IMG/VR virus record: IMGVR_UViG_3300034096_000868
Coordinates: 128 to 64,127 of that record
Source of the DNA: a virus
Lineage: Duplodnaviria; Caudoviricetes
Strand: one strand, 5' to 3'
Length of the DNA stretch: 64,000 nt
How positions within the stretch are numbered: position 1 is the stretch's first letter; every line of letters begins with the position of its first letter. A program made the position numbers and the translations under genes. The notes below the pieces were generated by a model. The model was not told the DNA's origin. It ran no database searches and saw nothing but the letters and a program-made list of their open reading frames with translations. Positions 10,350-18,507 of this stretch are shown piece by piece.

Positions 10350-11336
10350 TTAAAGTTTATACCATTTAGCTCCGTCTGTTACAAATTCAAACGCTTTATC
10401 ATTTCCTGTATAATCATAATGAGTAGCACCATCAATATTGCTCCCAGATTGTGGATTAATTGTAATATTATGATTTGTTGATTTTCTTTTTATAATAATT
10501 CTTGCAGTCATGCCATTAAAAAACATTTCAGATGCAATTGGCAAAATTATAGTTTTGCTTGATGCAGAATTATCAACTATTATAATTGATGCACATGTAG
10601 AAGCATCTAATGTAGTATTAGAGTTTATAACCTCAATAGATGTTGCATAGAATCCATTTACTTGTAATTTTGCTTCATTTGTAGTAGTTTCAAAGTTATC
10701 TATTCCAATGGCAGTTTTACCGTTTTTAAGGATTGTGAAAGCATCTGATGCAGCCCCATTACCATTACCTACAACGATTAACCTATCTGTTGGCTCAAAT
10801 GCTATGTCTGATATTGGAGTATAATCTGTATTTTGAAATCCTAAAGAAGTTTCTACATAAGATTTTGCAGTTGTTTCATATCCAGTTGCCATTGAAGATT
10901 TGCCACTTGCAATATTTCCACTACCTATTGATATTGACACTTCTCCACTTGCAGTATTACCACCACCAATAGTAGTAGAATAATCACCACTAGCAGTATT
11001 TGCCACTCCAATAGATTCAGCATTTAATCCTGTAACTGTGCTAGGATAAAAACTTCCTGCATCATAGTTTTCACTATATAAATAGTAAGATGAACCACCA
11101 CCACTAGTTCTACGTGCATATTGTTTTAAATCATCATATAGGTCTTGTGCAGTAGTAAATCCGTTTATAGGTAGGTATTTGGCATCAAATACTATATCGT
11201 TATTTTCACTGAATACATAAACTTTCGATAAGTCATTGCTTAATTTTACGTATTGCAAAGGTTTAGGCATTGTTTGAGTTACATCACCTAATTTAAACTC
11301 AATAGAATCAGTATTTACGGTATATTCAAATATCAT
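10350..11336 (-). CDS. tail fibre with YadA-head-like repeats
   Basis: repeats NTASGDYSTTIGGG / NTASGEVSISIGSG / NIASGKSSMATG, then VGNG...SDAFTILKNG and a C-terminal FVTDGAKWY domain. Confidence 0.7.
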   Translation of the reverse strand: MIFEYTVNTDSIEFKLGDVTQTMPKPLQYVKLSNDLSKVYVFSENNDIVFDAKYLPINGFTTAQDLYDDLKQYARRTSGGGSSYYLYSENYDAGSFYPSTVTGLNAESIGVANTASGDYSTTIGGGNTASGEVSISIGSGNIASGKSSMATGYETTAKSYVETSLGFQNTDYTPISDIAFEPTDRLIVVGNGNGAASDAFTILKNGKTAIGIDNFETTTNEAKLQVNGFYATSIEVINSNTTLDASTCASIIIVDNSASSKTIILPIASEMFFNGMTARIIIKRKSTNHNITINPQSGSNIDGATHYDYTGNDKAFEFVTDGAKWYKL

Positions 11337-11337
11337 A

Positions 11338-11559
11338 TTACATTAGTGTTTTTAAGTTGTTATATAAGTCAGTCATTGTAGTAAATCCATTAATAGGCAA
11401 GTTTTTAGCTTCAAAAGTAATGTCCCCATTTTCTTTATTTACGTAAATTTTATTTGTAGTATTGTCAATTTTTACATACTTCAAAGGTCTAGGTATTGTT
11501 TCAACTACACTACCTATTGTAAACTCTACTGAATCTGCTGTTGTTGTATATCCTATCAT
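11338..11559 (-). CDS. stand-alone paralog of the N-terminal domain of the adjacent fibre
   Basis: aligns over its length with residues 1-72 of 10350..11336 (shared LPINGFTT..DLY..LK). Confidence 0.7.
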   Translation of the reverse strand: MIGYTTTADSVEFTIGSVVETIPRPLKYVKIDNTTNKIYVNKENGDITFEAKNLPINGFTTMTDLYNNLKTLM

Positions 11560-11564
11560 AGTTC

Positions 11565-12275
11565 TTAGTTTGTTGAGTAATTTGCATATCCACCTACTAA
11601 TATTTCAGTAACCGGGAATAATGTAGGTAAGTATGATGACACTCCCATTAATCCATTATCTTGAATATATAAGCTACACGTTTTATAAACAGAAGCATCT
11701 ATATACCTAACTGGTATTATTGTAGTGTAAACTGGTCTATAAGCAACTGGCAATACTACCAAAGGAATATCTAATGCATTTTTAGTTAAATCTAATCCAT
11801 TTAAGTTTATTTCCACATATCCGTCCCCTCTTTTTCTAATATAGAAATAAGACAGAGCTGATGCACCAGAACCTGCTATATAACCATTTATTATAGTTCC
11901 ATCAATTAATGGGTCGCTTGGAGTTGTGCCTCTAATTGTTTTCCAAGTTTCATTCGCAGGAAACGTATACAAATTTATCCATGATGGATGTCCTATTGGC
12001 CTCCATTGAATAGTATTTGTTATTGTATCAAAATTCATTTCAACTCCAACTCCATCAGTTCCGTTTGTTCCATTTACCCCCGCAACTCCAGGCAATCCTT
12101 GTGGCCCTCTAAGTACTGGACTAGTTATTGAACTATTATCTGTTAGCGTTATAGTTACGGTATTATTTACGTTCCATGTGATAGTTTTTACACCTATACA
12201 AGCGCATTCATCTGTTGGTATTGGCACTTCTACAGAAGAAACTATCCCTTTATTACAATCTGTTGGCATTAGCAA
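11565..12275 (-). CDS. tail fibre-like protein with a short collagen repeat
   Basis: GPQGLPGVAGVNGTNGTDG G-X-Y repeat and LPVAYRP fibre-tip motif. Confidence 0.65.
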   Translation of the reverse strand: MLMPTDCNKGIVSSVEVPIPTDECACIGVKTITWNVNNTVTITLTDNSSITSPVLRGPQGLPGVAGVNGTNGTDGVGVEMNFDTITNTIQWRPIGHPSWINLYTFPANETWKTIRGTTPSDPLIDGTIINGYIAGSGASALSYFYIRKRGDGYVEINLNGLDLTKNALDIPLVVLPVAYRPVYTTIIPVRYIDASVYKTCSLYIQDNGLMGVSSYLPTLFPVTEILVGGYANYSTN

Positions 12276-12466
12276 TTACAATTTTTGTTAATAAAACACT
12301 CTATATCACATTCTTGTGTACCACATCCTATAATCCAATCAGCTAACATAAGTTTCGCTAATTTTTCTTCAAGTTTTGCAGTAGGTTTACCTAGACATTT
12401 ATTGTCTTGAATATTGCAATAAGTATTACTTATGCAAGTTCTAATTTTATTACTAGTTACAACCAT
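12269..12466 (-). CDS. small Cys-rich structural protein
   Basis: 65 aa, overlaps both neighbouring genes. Confidence 0.5.
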   Translation of the reverse strand: MVVTSNKIRTCISNTYCNIQDNKCLGKPTAKLEEKLAKLMLADWIIGCGTQECDIECFINKNCNC

Positions 12467-13745
12467 TGCATCCTTTTAAGCAGTCAAACAATAAGTTTTC
12501 TATTACTTTTTTAAGACAAGATACATTATGTTGGCTAGTGATTAGTATTGCTTGGTAGTTCAATAGCATATTCAATACCTCTTGTGCATTATTTTTCTCA
12601 CAACTTTCACAATCTTCTTTCAATACTTCTATTGCTCTATTTTGTATGCAATTTTTTAATTGGCAGTGAAATAATACATCTTGCTCCATATAACCAATTC
12701 TACAAGCCAATGAAGTATATACAAAATATTCTATTTTTACTACTTGCGAAGTTATTACCTCTGGACTTGATGCAGTGCCATAGCCAATTTGATAACCATT
12801 GATTATTACGCTAGGTGTTAGTGCAGTAGGTATGAAATCTGTAATATCAAATACTAAGCCATCTGCTCTAGTAACCCTAATCAAAGTAGAGGTTATATCT
12901 GAATAATCATAGTTTGGTGTGCCATATCCACCAGTGTTTGTTAAAGAATAAACTCCACTTGTATCAGTAAACTCTATTGACTTGCAACCTAATTTTTCTA
13001 ATACTGAAAATTTTACTCGGTTGTTAGATAGGATAGATCCACCACAACAAGGTATTAATAATGGAGTAGATATACAAACTCCTTGATTACCTCTAATTGT
13101 GTTTATTCTATATTCTAGTGTATAAGTTTTATTTGGCTCAAATGTAACTAATCCAAAATTTATTGAATTTAAGTCTATATATGAAGTTCCTAATGCATTT
13201 GGTAAGTATGGGCTATTGAAAACTCCTACTAATGTAACGCCATCCCATAAAGCAAAGTCAATATTTTGAATATTTGCTATGCTAGACGGAGCAGTAACAC
13301 CATATCCATTTGGATTTGTAAGTGCATTATATTCTTTAGTCGTATCTTGGTATCTAAATATTTGAGTGTCGCAATCAAAATCTATATCTGCGGTTACAAT
13401 TAGACTTGGAGTACAAGCCACTCCTTTTGTACAAGCAGTTGATGTGAATACTTGTGTTGTAAGCACTCCTAATCCACCACTATTTATCTCAATTTCATCT
13501 ACTACTTCTTCTGTACAAACCGCCTTAATGTCAATAGTCCCTGGAGTTGGACTTGGTTCATTACCAAAAGTTATTGTTGGGAAAGGTACACTATTTAAAA
13601 CTACATTTAAGTCTGTAACTAGTGTTGGAGATGCTAAATCTATTGGTAGTGATGGTAAATTATACCATGTACCATTTATCTTCAACCTAGTGATAATTGT
13701 ATTTAAAGGACAAATGAAGTTTGTGCTATATTTATTATATGCCAA
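12453..13745 (-). CDS. virion structural protein (tail hub/fibre base candidate)
   Basis: first gene of the fibre operon; internal repeat DTTKEYNALTNPNGYG / DTSGVYSLTNTGGYG. Confidence 0.55.
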   Translation of the reverse strand: MAYNKYSTNFICPLNTIITRLKINGTWYNLPSLPIDLASPTLVTDLNVVLNSVPFPTITFGNEPSPTPGTIDIKAVCTEEVVDEIEINSGGLGVLTTQVFTSTACTKGVACTPSLIVTADIDFDCDTQIFRYQDTTKEYNALTNPNGYGVTAPSSIANIQNIDFALWDGVTLVGVFNSPYLPNALGTSYIDLNSINFGLVTFEPNKTYTLEYRINTIRGNQGVCISTPLLIPCCGGSILSNNRVKFSVLEKLGCKSIEFTDTSGVYSLTNTGGYGTPNYDYSDITSTLIRVTRADGLVFDITDFIPTALTPSVIINGYQIGYGTASSPEVITSQVVKIEYFVYTSLACRIGYMEQDVLFHCQLKNCIQNRAIEVLKEDCESCEKNNAQEVLNMLLNYQAILITSQHNVSCLKKVIENLLFDCLKGCNGCN

Positions 13746-13784
13746 TTTATGTAAATTTAATTACTCCACTTAACTTCCGATTGG

Positions 13785-13792
13785 CAAATATA
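13785..13792 (-). promoter_or_regulatory. -7 promoter element for the tail-fibre operon
   Basis: CAAATATA = TATATTTG on the minus strand, 40 bp upstream of the 13745 start. Confidence 0.55.
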
Positions 13793-13842
13793 ATATATTT
13801 TAAACAAAACAAAATTTATTTTTATTTAATAGTAAAAAATAA

Positions 13843-13873
13843 TTTGCAATAATAAAAAATAATGTTAGATTTG
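13843..13873 (+). promoter_or_regulatory. Bacteroidota-type promoter
   Basis: TTTG ... TAGATTTG. Confidence 0.65.
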
Positions 13874-13953
13874 CACGTCTAAAATAATAAATAATACTAG
13901 AAATAATACAGAAAAATTAACTCACTTTTTTAAATAAATAAATAAATCACAAA

Positions 13954-14316
13954 ATGGAAATCAAAGGTAAAATAATACTAATCGGAGCAACTGAAACACT
14001 TGGAAAAGACTTTAAAAAAAGAGAAGTAGTTATCGAAACTACCGAAGAACAATATCCTCAAAAATTAAAAGTAGAATTTATTAAGGATAAATGTAGCGCA
14101 CTTGATGGATATAAGGTAGGCGATAATGTAGTAATCGGAATCAACCTTAGAGGCAATGAATATAAAGGAAAGTTCTATGTGAGTATACAAGGTTGGAAAA
14201 TAAATAGAGTTGGTGCAAATACAACCACTAGTCAAAGTACTGCTAAGGTACAACCTAGTGCTAGTGCAAACACTACAAATGAGGACAATGACCCAAATAA
14301 TGACTTGCCTTTTTAG
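13954..14316 (+). CDS. DUF3127-family single-stranded DNA-binding protein
   Basis: MEIKGKI...FKKREVV...YPQ...G....GW pattern and an acidic C-terminal DLPF tail. Confidence 0.85.
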   Translation: MEIKGKIILIGATETLGKDFKKREVVIETTEEQYPQKLKVEFIKDKCSALDGYKVGDNVVIGINLRGNEYKGKFYVSIQGWKINRVGANTTTSQSTAKVQPSASANTTNEDNDPNNDLPF

Positions 14317-14333
14317 TTTTTTTCAAAAAAAAC

Positions 14334-14363
14334 TTGCATTTTAAATATTTATTTTTAACTTTG
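14334..14363 (+). promoter_or_regulatory. Bacteroidota-type promoter for the replication operon (upstream of array A)
   Basis: TTG ... TAACTTTG. Confidence 0.6.
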
Positions 14364-14462
14364 CAGTAAATCATGTACGAGATGAGAAAGTTTAACAATT
14401 TAACGCCTTTGTGTTTGAACGTAGCTCGTACCTACTAGTAAAACCAGAGGCTTTTTTATTTT

Positions 14463-15197
14463 ATGAAAGACCCAGCATTTTTATTTTATAGTTCAGACTT
14501 TTTAAGTGGAATTTCAGATTTAACTATGGAAGAGCGAGGTCAATTTATTACTTTGCTTTGCTTACAACATCAAAAAGGATTTTTAAATGAAAAAACCATT
14601 AGGTTATCTGTAGGTTCTGTTTCGGTTGATGTAATGAGTAAGTTTAAAAAAAATGATAACGGAGAATTTTATAATGAAAGATTAAAAATTGAAATTGAAA
14701 AAAGAAATAATTTTACTGAAAGTCGTAGAAACAATGGGCTTCTAGGTGGTAGACCTAAAGAAAATAAAAAACCTAAAGGTAAACCTAATAGTAAACCTAA
14801 AAATAACCATATGGATAACCATATGGGAAATGAAAATGAAAATGAAAATATAGATATAATTATAGATAAAAATAATAGTATTGCAAAAATTGAAAAAACT
14901 GAAATTGAATTACTTTTTGATGAATTTTTAAAAATGCGAGTTAAGATAAAAAAACCTGCTACTGAAAAAGCTATTCAATTACTAAAAAAGAAACTCAATG
15001 AATTATCTGGTGGAAACGAATATAAAGCTATAAAAATAATTGAGCAGTCAATAGTTGGTGGATGGCAGGATTTTTATGAATTAAAGCCAATACAAGGAAA
15101 AGAAGATAGCAAAACTGCTAAATTAGGAAATACTTATTATACACTTTTAAATGAAATAAAAAATGAATCAGGAGAAACTACAAGAGAAATTCAGTAA
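14463..15197 (+). CDS. phage replication initiator (DUF1376/YdaU-like N-terminus)
   Basis: MKDPAFLFYSSDFL...LTMEERGQFITLLC...NGLLGGRPK, a low-complexity linker, and a C-terminal IIEQSI..GWQ domain. Confidence 0.75.
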   Translation: MKDPAFLFYSSDFLSGISDLTMEERGQFITLLCLQHQKGFLNEKTIRLSVGSVSVDVMSKFKKNDNGEFYNERLKIEIEKRNNFTESRRNNGLLGGRPKENKKPKGKPNSKPKNNHMDNHMGNENENENIDIIIDKNNSIAKIEKTEIELLFDEFLKMRVKIKKPATEKAIQLLKKKLNELSGGNEYKAIKIIEQSIVGGWQDFYELKPIQGKEDSKTAKLGNTYYTLLNEIKNESGETTREIQ

Positions 15198-15906
15198 AGA
15201 GCAAATACTTGAGGTAATAACAAATAGCTATGCTTTTGTTGGCTATAAACAAGATGTAGATGATATTAGATTGTTGCTAGAATTAATGTTTGTTCATGCT
15301 AACAAATCATGGAAACGATATAATTTATCAGAGATAATTTACTTTATAAATCTAGGATTAAAAGGGATATTTGGTAATTTTGCAGGATTATCAATGGCTA
15401 CTTTTTGCCAATTTGAAACCAATTATCAAAAACATGAAAATAATTATTACCGAAAAGAATATTTAAGATTGAATCCATTGCCAGAGCTAGTAGCAGTACA
15501 ACAACATACAGAAAGTGGAAAAGATGAAATAGTTGCAGATTCTATTATAAGCCGATTAAGAAGTAAAAAAGCTACAAACGGGGATTATGTTGTATGGTTC
15601 TCATATCTTCAAGAAAAAGGATTAGTAAATGATAAATCATGGATAAAATTTGTTATAGATGAAGTTAATAAATCTGAACCAGCTAAAGAAAGATATAAAT
15701 CTGAATTATTAAAACGAAAAACAATCTGTATGAGTTTAGTTCAAGAACATTTAGTTTTAGAAATAAACAAAGAATTAGAAGCTATCGAAAAAGACAATCC
15801 AAAGTTTGCTGAAATAGAATATTGGGCTAAAGTATTGTTCTTTGAAAATACTTTTTGCACAGATGAAAATATTAATAAACTAGAAACTTTTTTAAAAAAT
15901 AAATAA
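15163..15906 (+). CDS. replication-associated protein (helicase loader-like by position)
   Basis: overlaps the initiator gene; no decisive motif. Confidence 0.45.
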   Translation: MNQEKLQEKFSKEQILEVITNSYAFVGYKQDVDDIRLLLELMFVHANKSWKRYNLSEIIYFINLGLKGIFGNFAGLSMATFCQFETNYQKHENNYYRKEYLRLNPLPELVAVQQHTESGKDEIVADSIISRLRSKKATNGDYVVWFSYLQEKGLVNDKSWIKFVIDEVNKSEPAKERYKSELLKRKTICMSLVQEHLVLEINKELEAIEKDNPKFAEIEYWAKVLFFENTFCTDENINKLETFLKNK

Positions 15907-15911
15907 ACTAA

Positions 15912-16088
15912 ATGGAAAAAGAACTTAAAGAACTTTTAAAACTCAAAGAAAACGTAGTGAGGTGGAATATGTGTGCTGAACTCGATGAAAGGCTAGGATT
16001 AGACCCAACAAAATCAAATGAAAGTGCATTGTTTTACGAAAATGAATTAAATAGTAAATTGAAAAAGATTGTTGAAGCTTATGGGTAA
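15912..16088 (+). CDS. 58-aa hypothetical protein whose stop codon forms the first TAAC of array A
   Basis: MEKELKELLKLKENVVRW...KKIVEAYG* read by hand; TAA at 16086-16088. Confidence 0.55.
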   Translation: MEKELKELLKLKENVVRWNMCAELDERLGLDPTKSNESALFYENELNSKLKKIVEAYG

Positions 16089-16159
16089 CGGTTTCGGGCT
16101 TGGCGAAGTTTGCGAAGCGTTGGCTTGTGCGGTCGGGCAAATTGCGCCAAACCCGTGTT
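16087..16159. repeat. attC-like hairpin A1
   Basis: AAC GGTTT CGGGcTTGGCG..TTTGC / GCAAA..CGCCAAaCCCG T GTT; outer arm GTTATAAGAAGTAGC pairs with GCTATTTCTTATAAC at 16468-16482. Confidence 0.85.
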
Positions 16160-16198
16160 ATAAGAAGTAGCGGTTTATTAACGATAAATTTAATTAAA

Positions 16199-16468
16199 AT
16201 GGAAATAGAAAAACAAATTGATGATTTAACCTTTGAAAGATGGAGGTTTACATTTATGTATGGAACAATATTCTTAGATGGATATTGCTTACTGCAAAAA
16301 GAAAGCAAAAGGCACAAAAATTTTAAAGTGCTGAAACAATACGATAGAATAATAGGAAGGAGTAATACAATAGTGGAAAGTGAAGTGCCTTTTACTGATG
16401 AATTAAAAGCAGAAGCATTAAATCAATTTGTTTCTACGATAAAAGTTCTTAAATGGAGCGAAAGGTAG
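16199..16468 (+). CDS. cassette A1 hypothetical protein
   Basis: ATG 16199 after an A-rich leader; the track start at 16100 lies inside the hairpin. Confidence 0.65.
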   Translation: MEIEKQIDDLTFERWRFTFMYGTIFLDGYCLLQKESKRHKNFKVLKQYDRIIGRSNTIVESEVPFTDELKAEALNQFVSTIKVLKWSER

Positions 16469-16479
16469 CTATTTCTTAT

Positions 16480-16604
16480 AACGGTAAAATAATAAAAGCA
16501 GTAGCGATATGAAAGAACAAATTGAAAATATATTGATAAAGGTTGATGAAGGCACGATGCCTGTTCAACAAGCACTAAGCGAGCTATTGCTTTTATTTAG
16601 TGTT
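16480..16604. repeat. attC-like hairpin A2
   Basis: AATAAAAGCAGTAGC / GCTATTGCTTTTATT stem; arm GTTAGCGGTTCGTTGCC vs GGCAATGACCGCTAAC (16746-16761). Confidence 0.8.
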
Positions 16605-16760
16605 AGCGGTTCGTTGCCATCTATTGACCCATTAGATGACGAGAATAGCGAAATACATAAAATAGGTAGAGAAATAGCTGAAATGTCCGATGAAGAGTTT
16701 GATAATAATTGTAAAGCAATAACAGATATGCTGTCAAGGTCGAAAGGCAATGACCGCTAA
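16509..16760 (+). CDS. cassette A2 hypothetical protein (starts in the hairpin loop)
   Basis: reads through GTTAGCGGT (VSG); stop TAA is part of the terminal TAAC. Confidence 0.6.
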   Translation: MKEQIENILIKVDEGTMPVQQALSELLLLFSVSGSLPSIDPLDDENSEIHKIGREIAEMSDEEFDNNCKAITDMLSRSKGNDR

Positions 16761-16882
16761 CGGTCAAGTGTTGCCGAAGTGGGGGATTGTTAGTACAAAA
16801 GCCCATTAAAAGCACTACTGCCGAACACAGTACAAATGTTCATTAAATGCACGTTTGCCCCCCATTTTGGCAACACTATGTT
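16759..16882. repeat. attC-like hairpin A3
   Basis: AGTGTTGCCGAAGTGGGGG / CCCCCATTTTGGCAACACT; arm GTTGGTGGTTAGTGCC vs GGCATTACCACCAAC. Confidence 0.85.
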
Positions 16883-16922
16883 GGTGGTTAGTGCCTTTGT
16901 TAAACTGATTAAATAGAAAAAA

Positions 16923-17399
16923 ATGTCAAATAGAAATTTCAGAGGTCGGGTATTTCACTACTCAAATGATTGTGGCTGGGTTTATGGCGACTTTCATAAA
17001 ATGTATGATGGTAGTTTATACCATTATATAACTACATTACCTGACTTAGACAAAGACTGGCAAACTTCATATTATAATGTAGTTGCTGATACTATTACCC
17101 AAAGTACAGGATTAAAAGACAAAGATGGTAAAGAAATATTTGAAGGTGATATTGTTAAACATAAATTTCGTAGAATATGGCAAACTAAAGAACATATTTC
17201 AACAGTTGTTTGGTGTCAAGAATATTGCTGTTATTACTTGTTTGACGGTATTTGTAACCATAGAATGAGAGATGATATGGTTTATGAAATAATTGGTAAT
17301 TTCTTTGATAATAAGGATTTGGTAAAGGGCTATCCTCCTTGTCCAAAAGTAGAGCCATCAATAACAAATAAAAACTCATCCGATGACTTGCCATTTTAG
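16923..17399 (+). CDS. cassette A3: YopX-family protein
   Basis: FRG...WVYG...QSTGLKDKDGKEIFEGDIV...YEIIGN signature. Confidence 0.85.
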   Translation: MSNRNFRGRVFHYSNDCGWVYGDFHKMYDGSLYHYITTLPDLDKDWQTSYYNVVADTITQSTGLKDKDGKEIFEGDIVKHKFRRIWQTKEHISTVVWCQEYCCYYLFDGICNHRMRDDMVYEIIGNFFDNKDLVKGYPPCPKVEPSITNKNSSDDLPF

Positions 17400-17421
17400 G
17401 GTGTCTCGTGGCATTACCACC

Positions 17422-17547
17422 AACGTTAAACGGCTTTGTGACTGTGGTGGCAATAGAATTACTACTGTTCGTTACAGCACAAATGCCAAATAGGATTACC
17501 AAAGCTGAATATCAGCACATCAGCCACCATAGCACAAAACCGATGTT
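17422..17547. repeat. attC-like hairpin A4
   Basis: CGGCTTTGTGACTGTGGTGGC / GCCACCATAGCACAAAACCG; arm GTTGGTGGCAGGTTT vs AAACTTGCCACCAAC. Confidence 0.85.
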
Positions 17548-17586
17548 GGTGGCAGGTTTTTTTCTCGGTTTACAAATTTTAAAATT

Positions 17587-18072
17587 ATGCAAGTAATAGA
17601 AGAAATAGTAAAGATTTATCAAGCCAAAGACGGCACAAAATTCAAAGACAAAGGCGAATGTCAAACCTACGAAAAAGGTATTCCGTATGGTAATTATTAT
17701 GCTAAACTTTCAAACCTTAAAACTTTTGAAGTTACTGAAAACCATTTAAAACTAATAAAAAGAAATGTTATTGAATGGGTTTTTCATAGAGACGATTATA
17801 ATGCTGGTCATTTTTACCAAGATACAAAACGACCTTATGGAAATTCTGATTGGGTTGGTGATATTGCTGAAATTTTAGGAATTGAACCCGATTGCTCAAA
17901 TCCAAATGACGAAGACGAAAAATGGTTTTCTGAAAGTTTAGAGTACTTTTTAGTTTGTCATCATATTGATATGAGAATTGTAATGGAAATACTTTGTCAA
18001 AATTTGTCAATTCACAAAGGTAAATATGAAAGAGAAAGCGTTTATTCTTCGGACTGGGTGGCGGTCGCTTAA
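17587..18072 (+). CDS. cassette A4 hypothetical protein
   Basis: 161 aa; YQAKDGTKF..K.EC..YE N-terminus and KRPYGNSD motif. Confidence 0.7.
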   Translation: MQVIEEIVKIYQAKDGTKFKDKGECQTYEKGIPYGNYYAKLSNLKTFEVTENHLKLIKRNVIEWVFHRDDYNAGHFYQDTKRPYGNSDWVGDIAEILGIEPDCSNPNDEDEKWFSESLEYFLVCHHIDMRIVMEILCQNLSIHKGKYERESVYSSDWVAVA

Positions 18073-18082
18073 ACTTGCCACC

Positions 18083-18205
18083 AACGGTTCGCAGCTATAT
18101 TTAGTTGCGGATTTAGAATCACAAATTATCAAATTAGTAATAACTTAAATAGAAAGAAAAATGTCAAAGAAACCACAGAAACCGCAATTGAATATAGCTG
18201 TTGTT
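18083..18205. repeat. attC-like hairpin A5
   Basis: CAGCTATATTTAGTTGCGG / CCGCAATTGAATATAGCTG; arm GTTAGCGGTAGTTT vs AAATTACCGCTAAC. Confidence 0.85.
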
Positions 18206-18367
18206 AGCGGTAGTTTTTATTGGGTTCGTCCGTTCCATAAAGACGAGTTTGAACCTGCTAAATGTAAAGAACTATACGGAACAGATAAGCTATATTTTTT
18301 TTTCACAAATGGAAGTCGAATGGAAGTTGAACGTGCTTGGGAAGTAGAGCCGTTAAATTACCGCTAA
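18161..18367 (+). CDS. cassette A5 hypothetical protein
   Basis: 68 aa, identical to 59758..59964; starts in the hairpin loop and stops in TAAC. Confidence 0.7.
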   Translation: MSKKPQKPQLNIAVVSGSFYWVRPFHKDEFEPAKCKELYGTDKLYFFFTNGSRMEVERAWEVEPLNYR

Positions 18368-18412
18368 CGTTTTGCGTATAAAAAATCGTTTTAATGTTTT
18401 TTATACGCTGTT
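18366..18412. repeat. attC-like hairpin A6 (shortest, 47 bp)
   Basis: AAC GTTTT GCGTATAAAAAA / TTTTTTATACGC T GTT; arm GTTAGCAGTAGTAC vs GTATTACTGCTAAC (19491-19504). Confidence 0.85.
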
Positions 18413-18507
18413 AGCAGTAGTACGGATTTAAACCGCAAATGCTCATTCGGAGAACTGAACCTTTTTATTTTCTTTTTTGAGCGAGGACAAAATATTAAAA
18501 TAAAATT

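Larger units (their letters stand above)
18083..18373 (+). repeat. exact dispersed repeat, copy 1 (cassette A5 = B6)
   Basis: identical by eye to 59680..59970 (offset 41597). Confidence 0.95.

Noticed and set aside
14769-14850. Short repeats AAACCTAA x3, ATAACCATATGG x2 and AATGAA x3 as a separate element
   Set aside because: They lie in the linker of the initiator gene. They could be lambda-type origin iterons, but they are equally explained by the protein's low-complexity repeats, so they are not called.
16480-16604. Combinatorial N-terminal fusions created by cassette shuffling
   Set aside because: The duplicated cassette shows the hairpin and its in-loop start codon travel with the downstream gene, so shuffling does not swap N-termini.
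17408-17596. 62-aa ORF from the track
   Set aside because: It coincides with the A3/A4 junction and hairpin and crosses the crossover point; likely spurious.
18083-18373. Diversity-generating retroelement TR/VR pair
   Set aside because: The two copies appear identical, with no adenine-specific differences, and no reverse transcriptase is present in the window.
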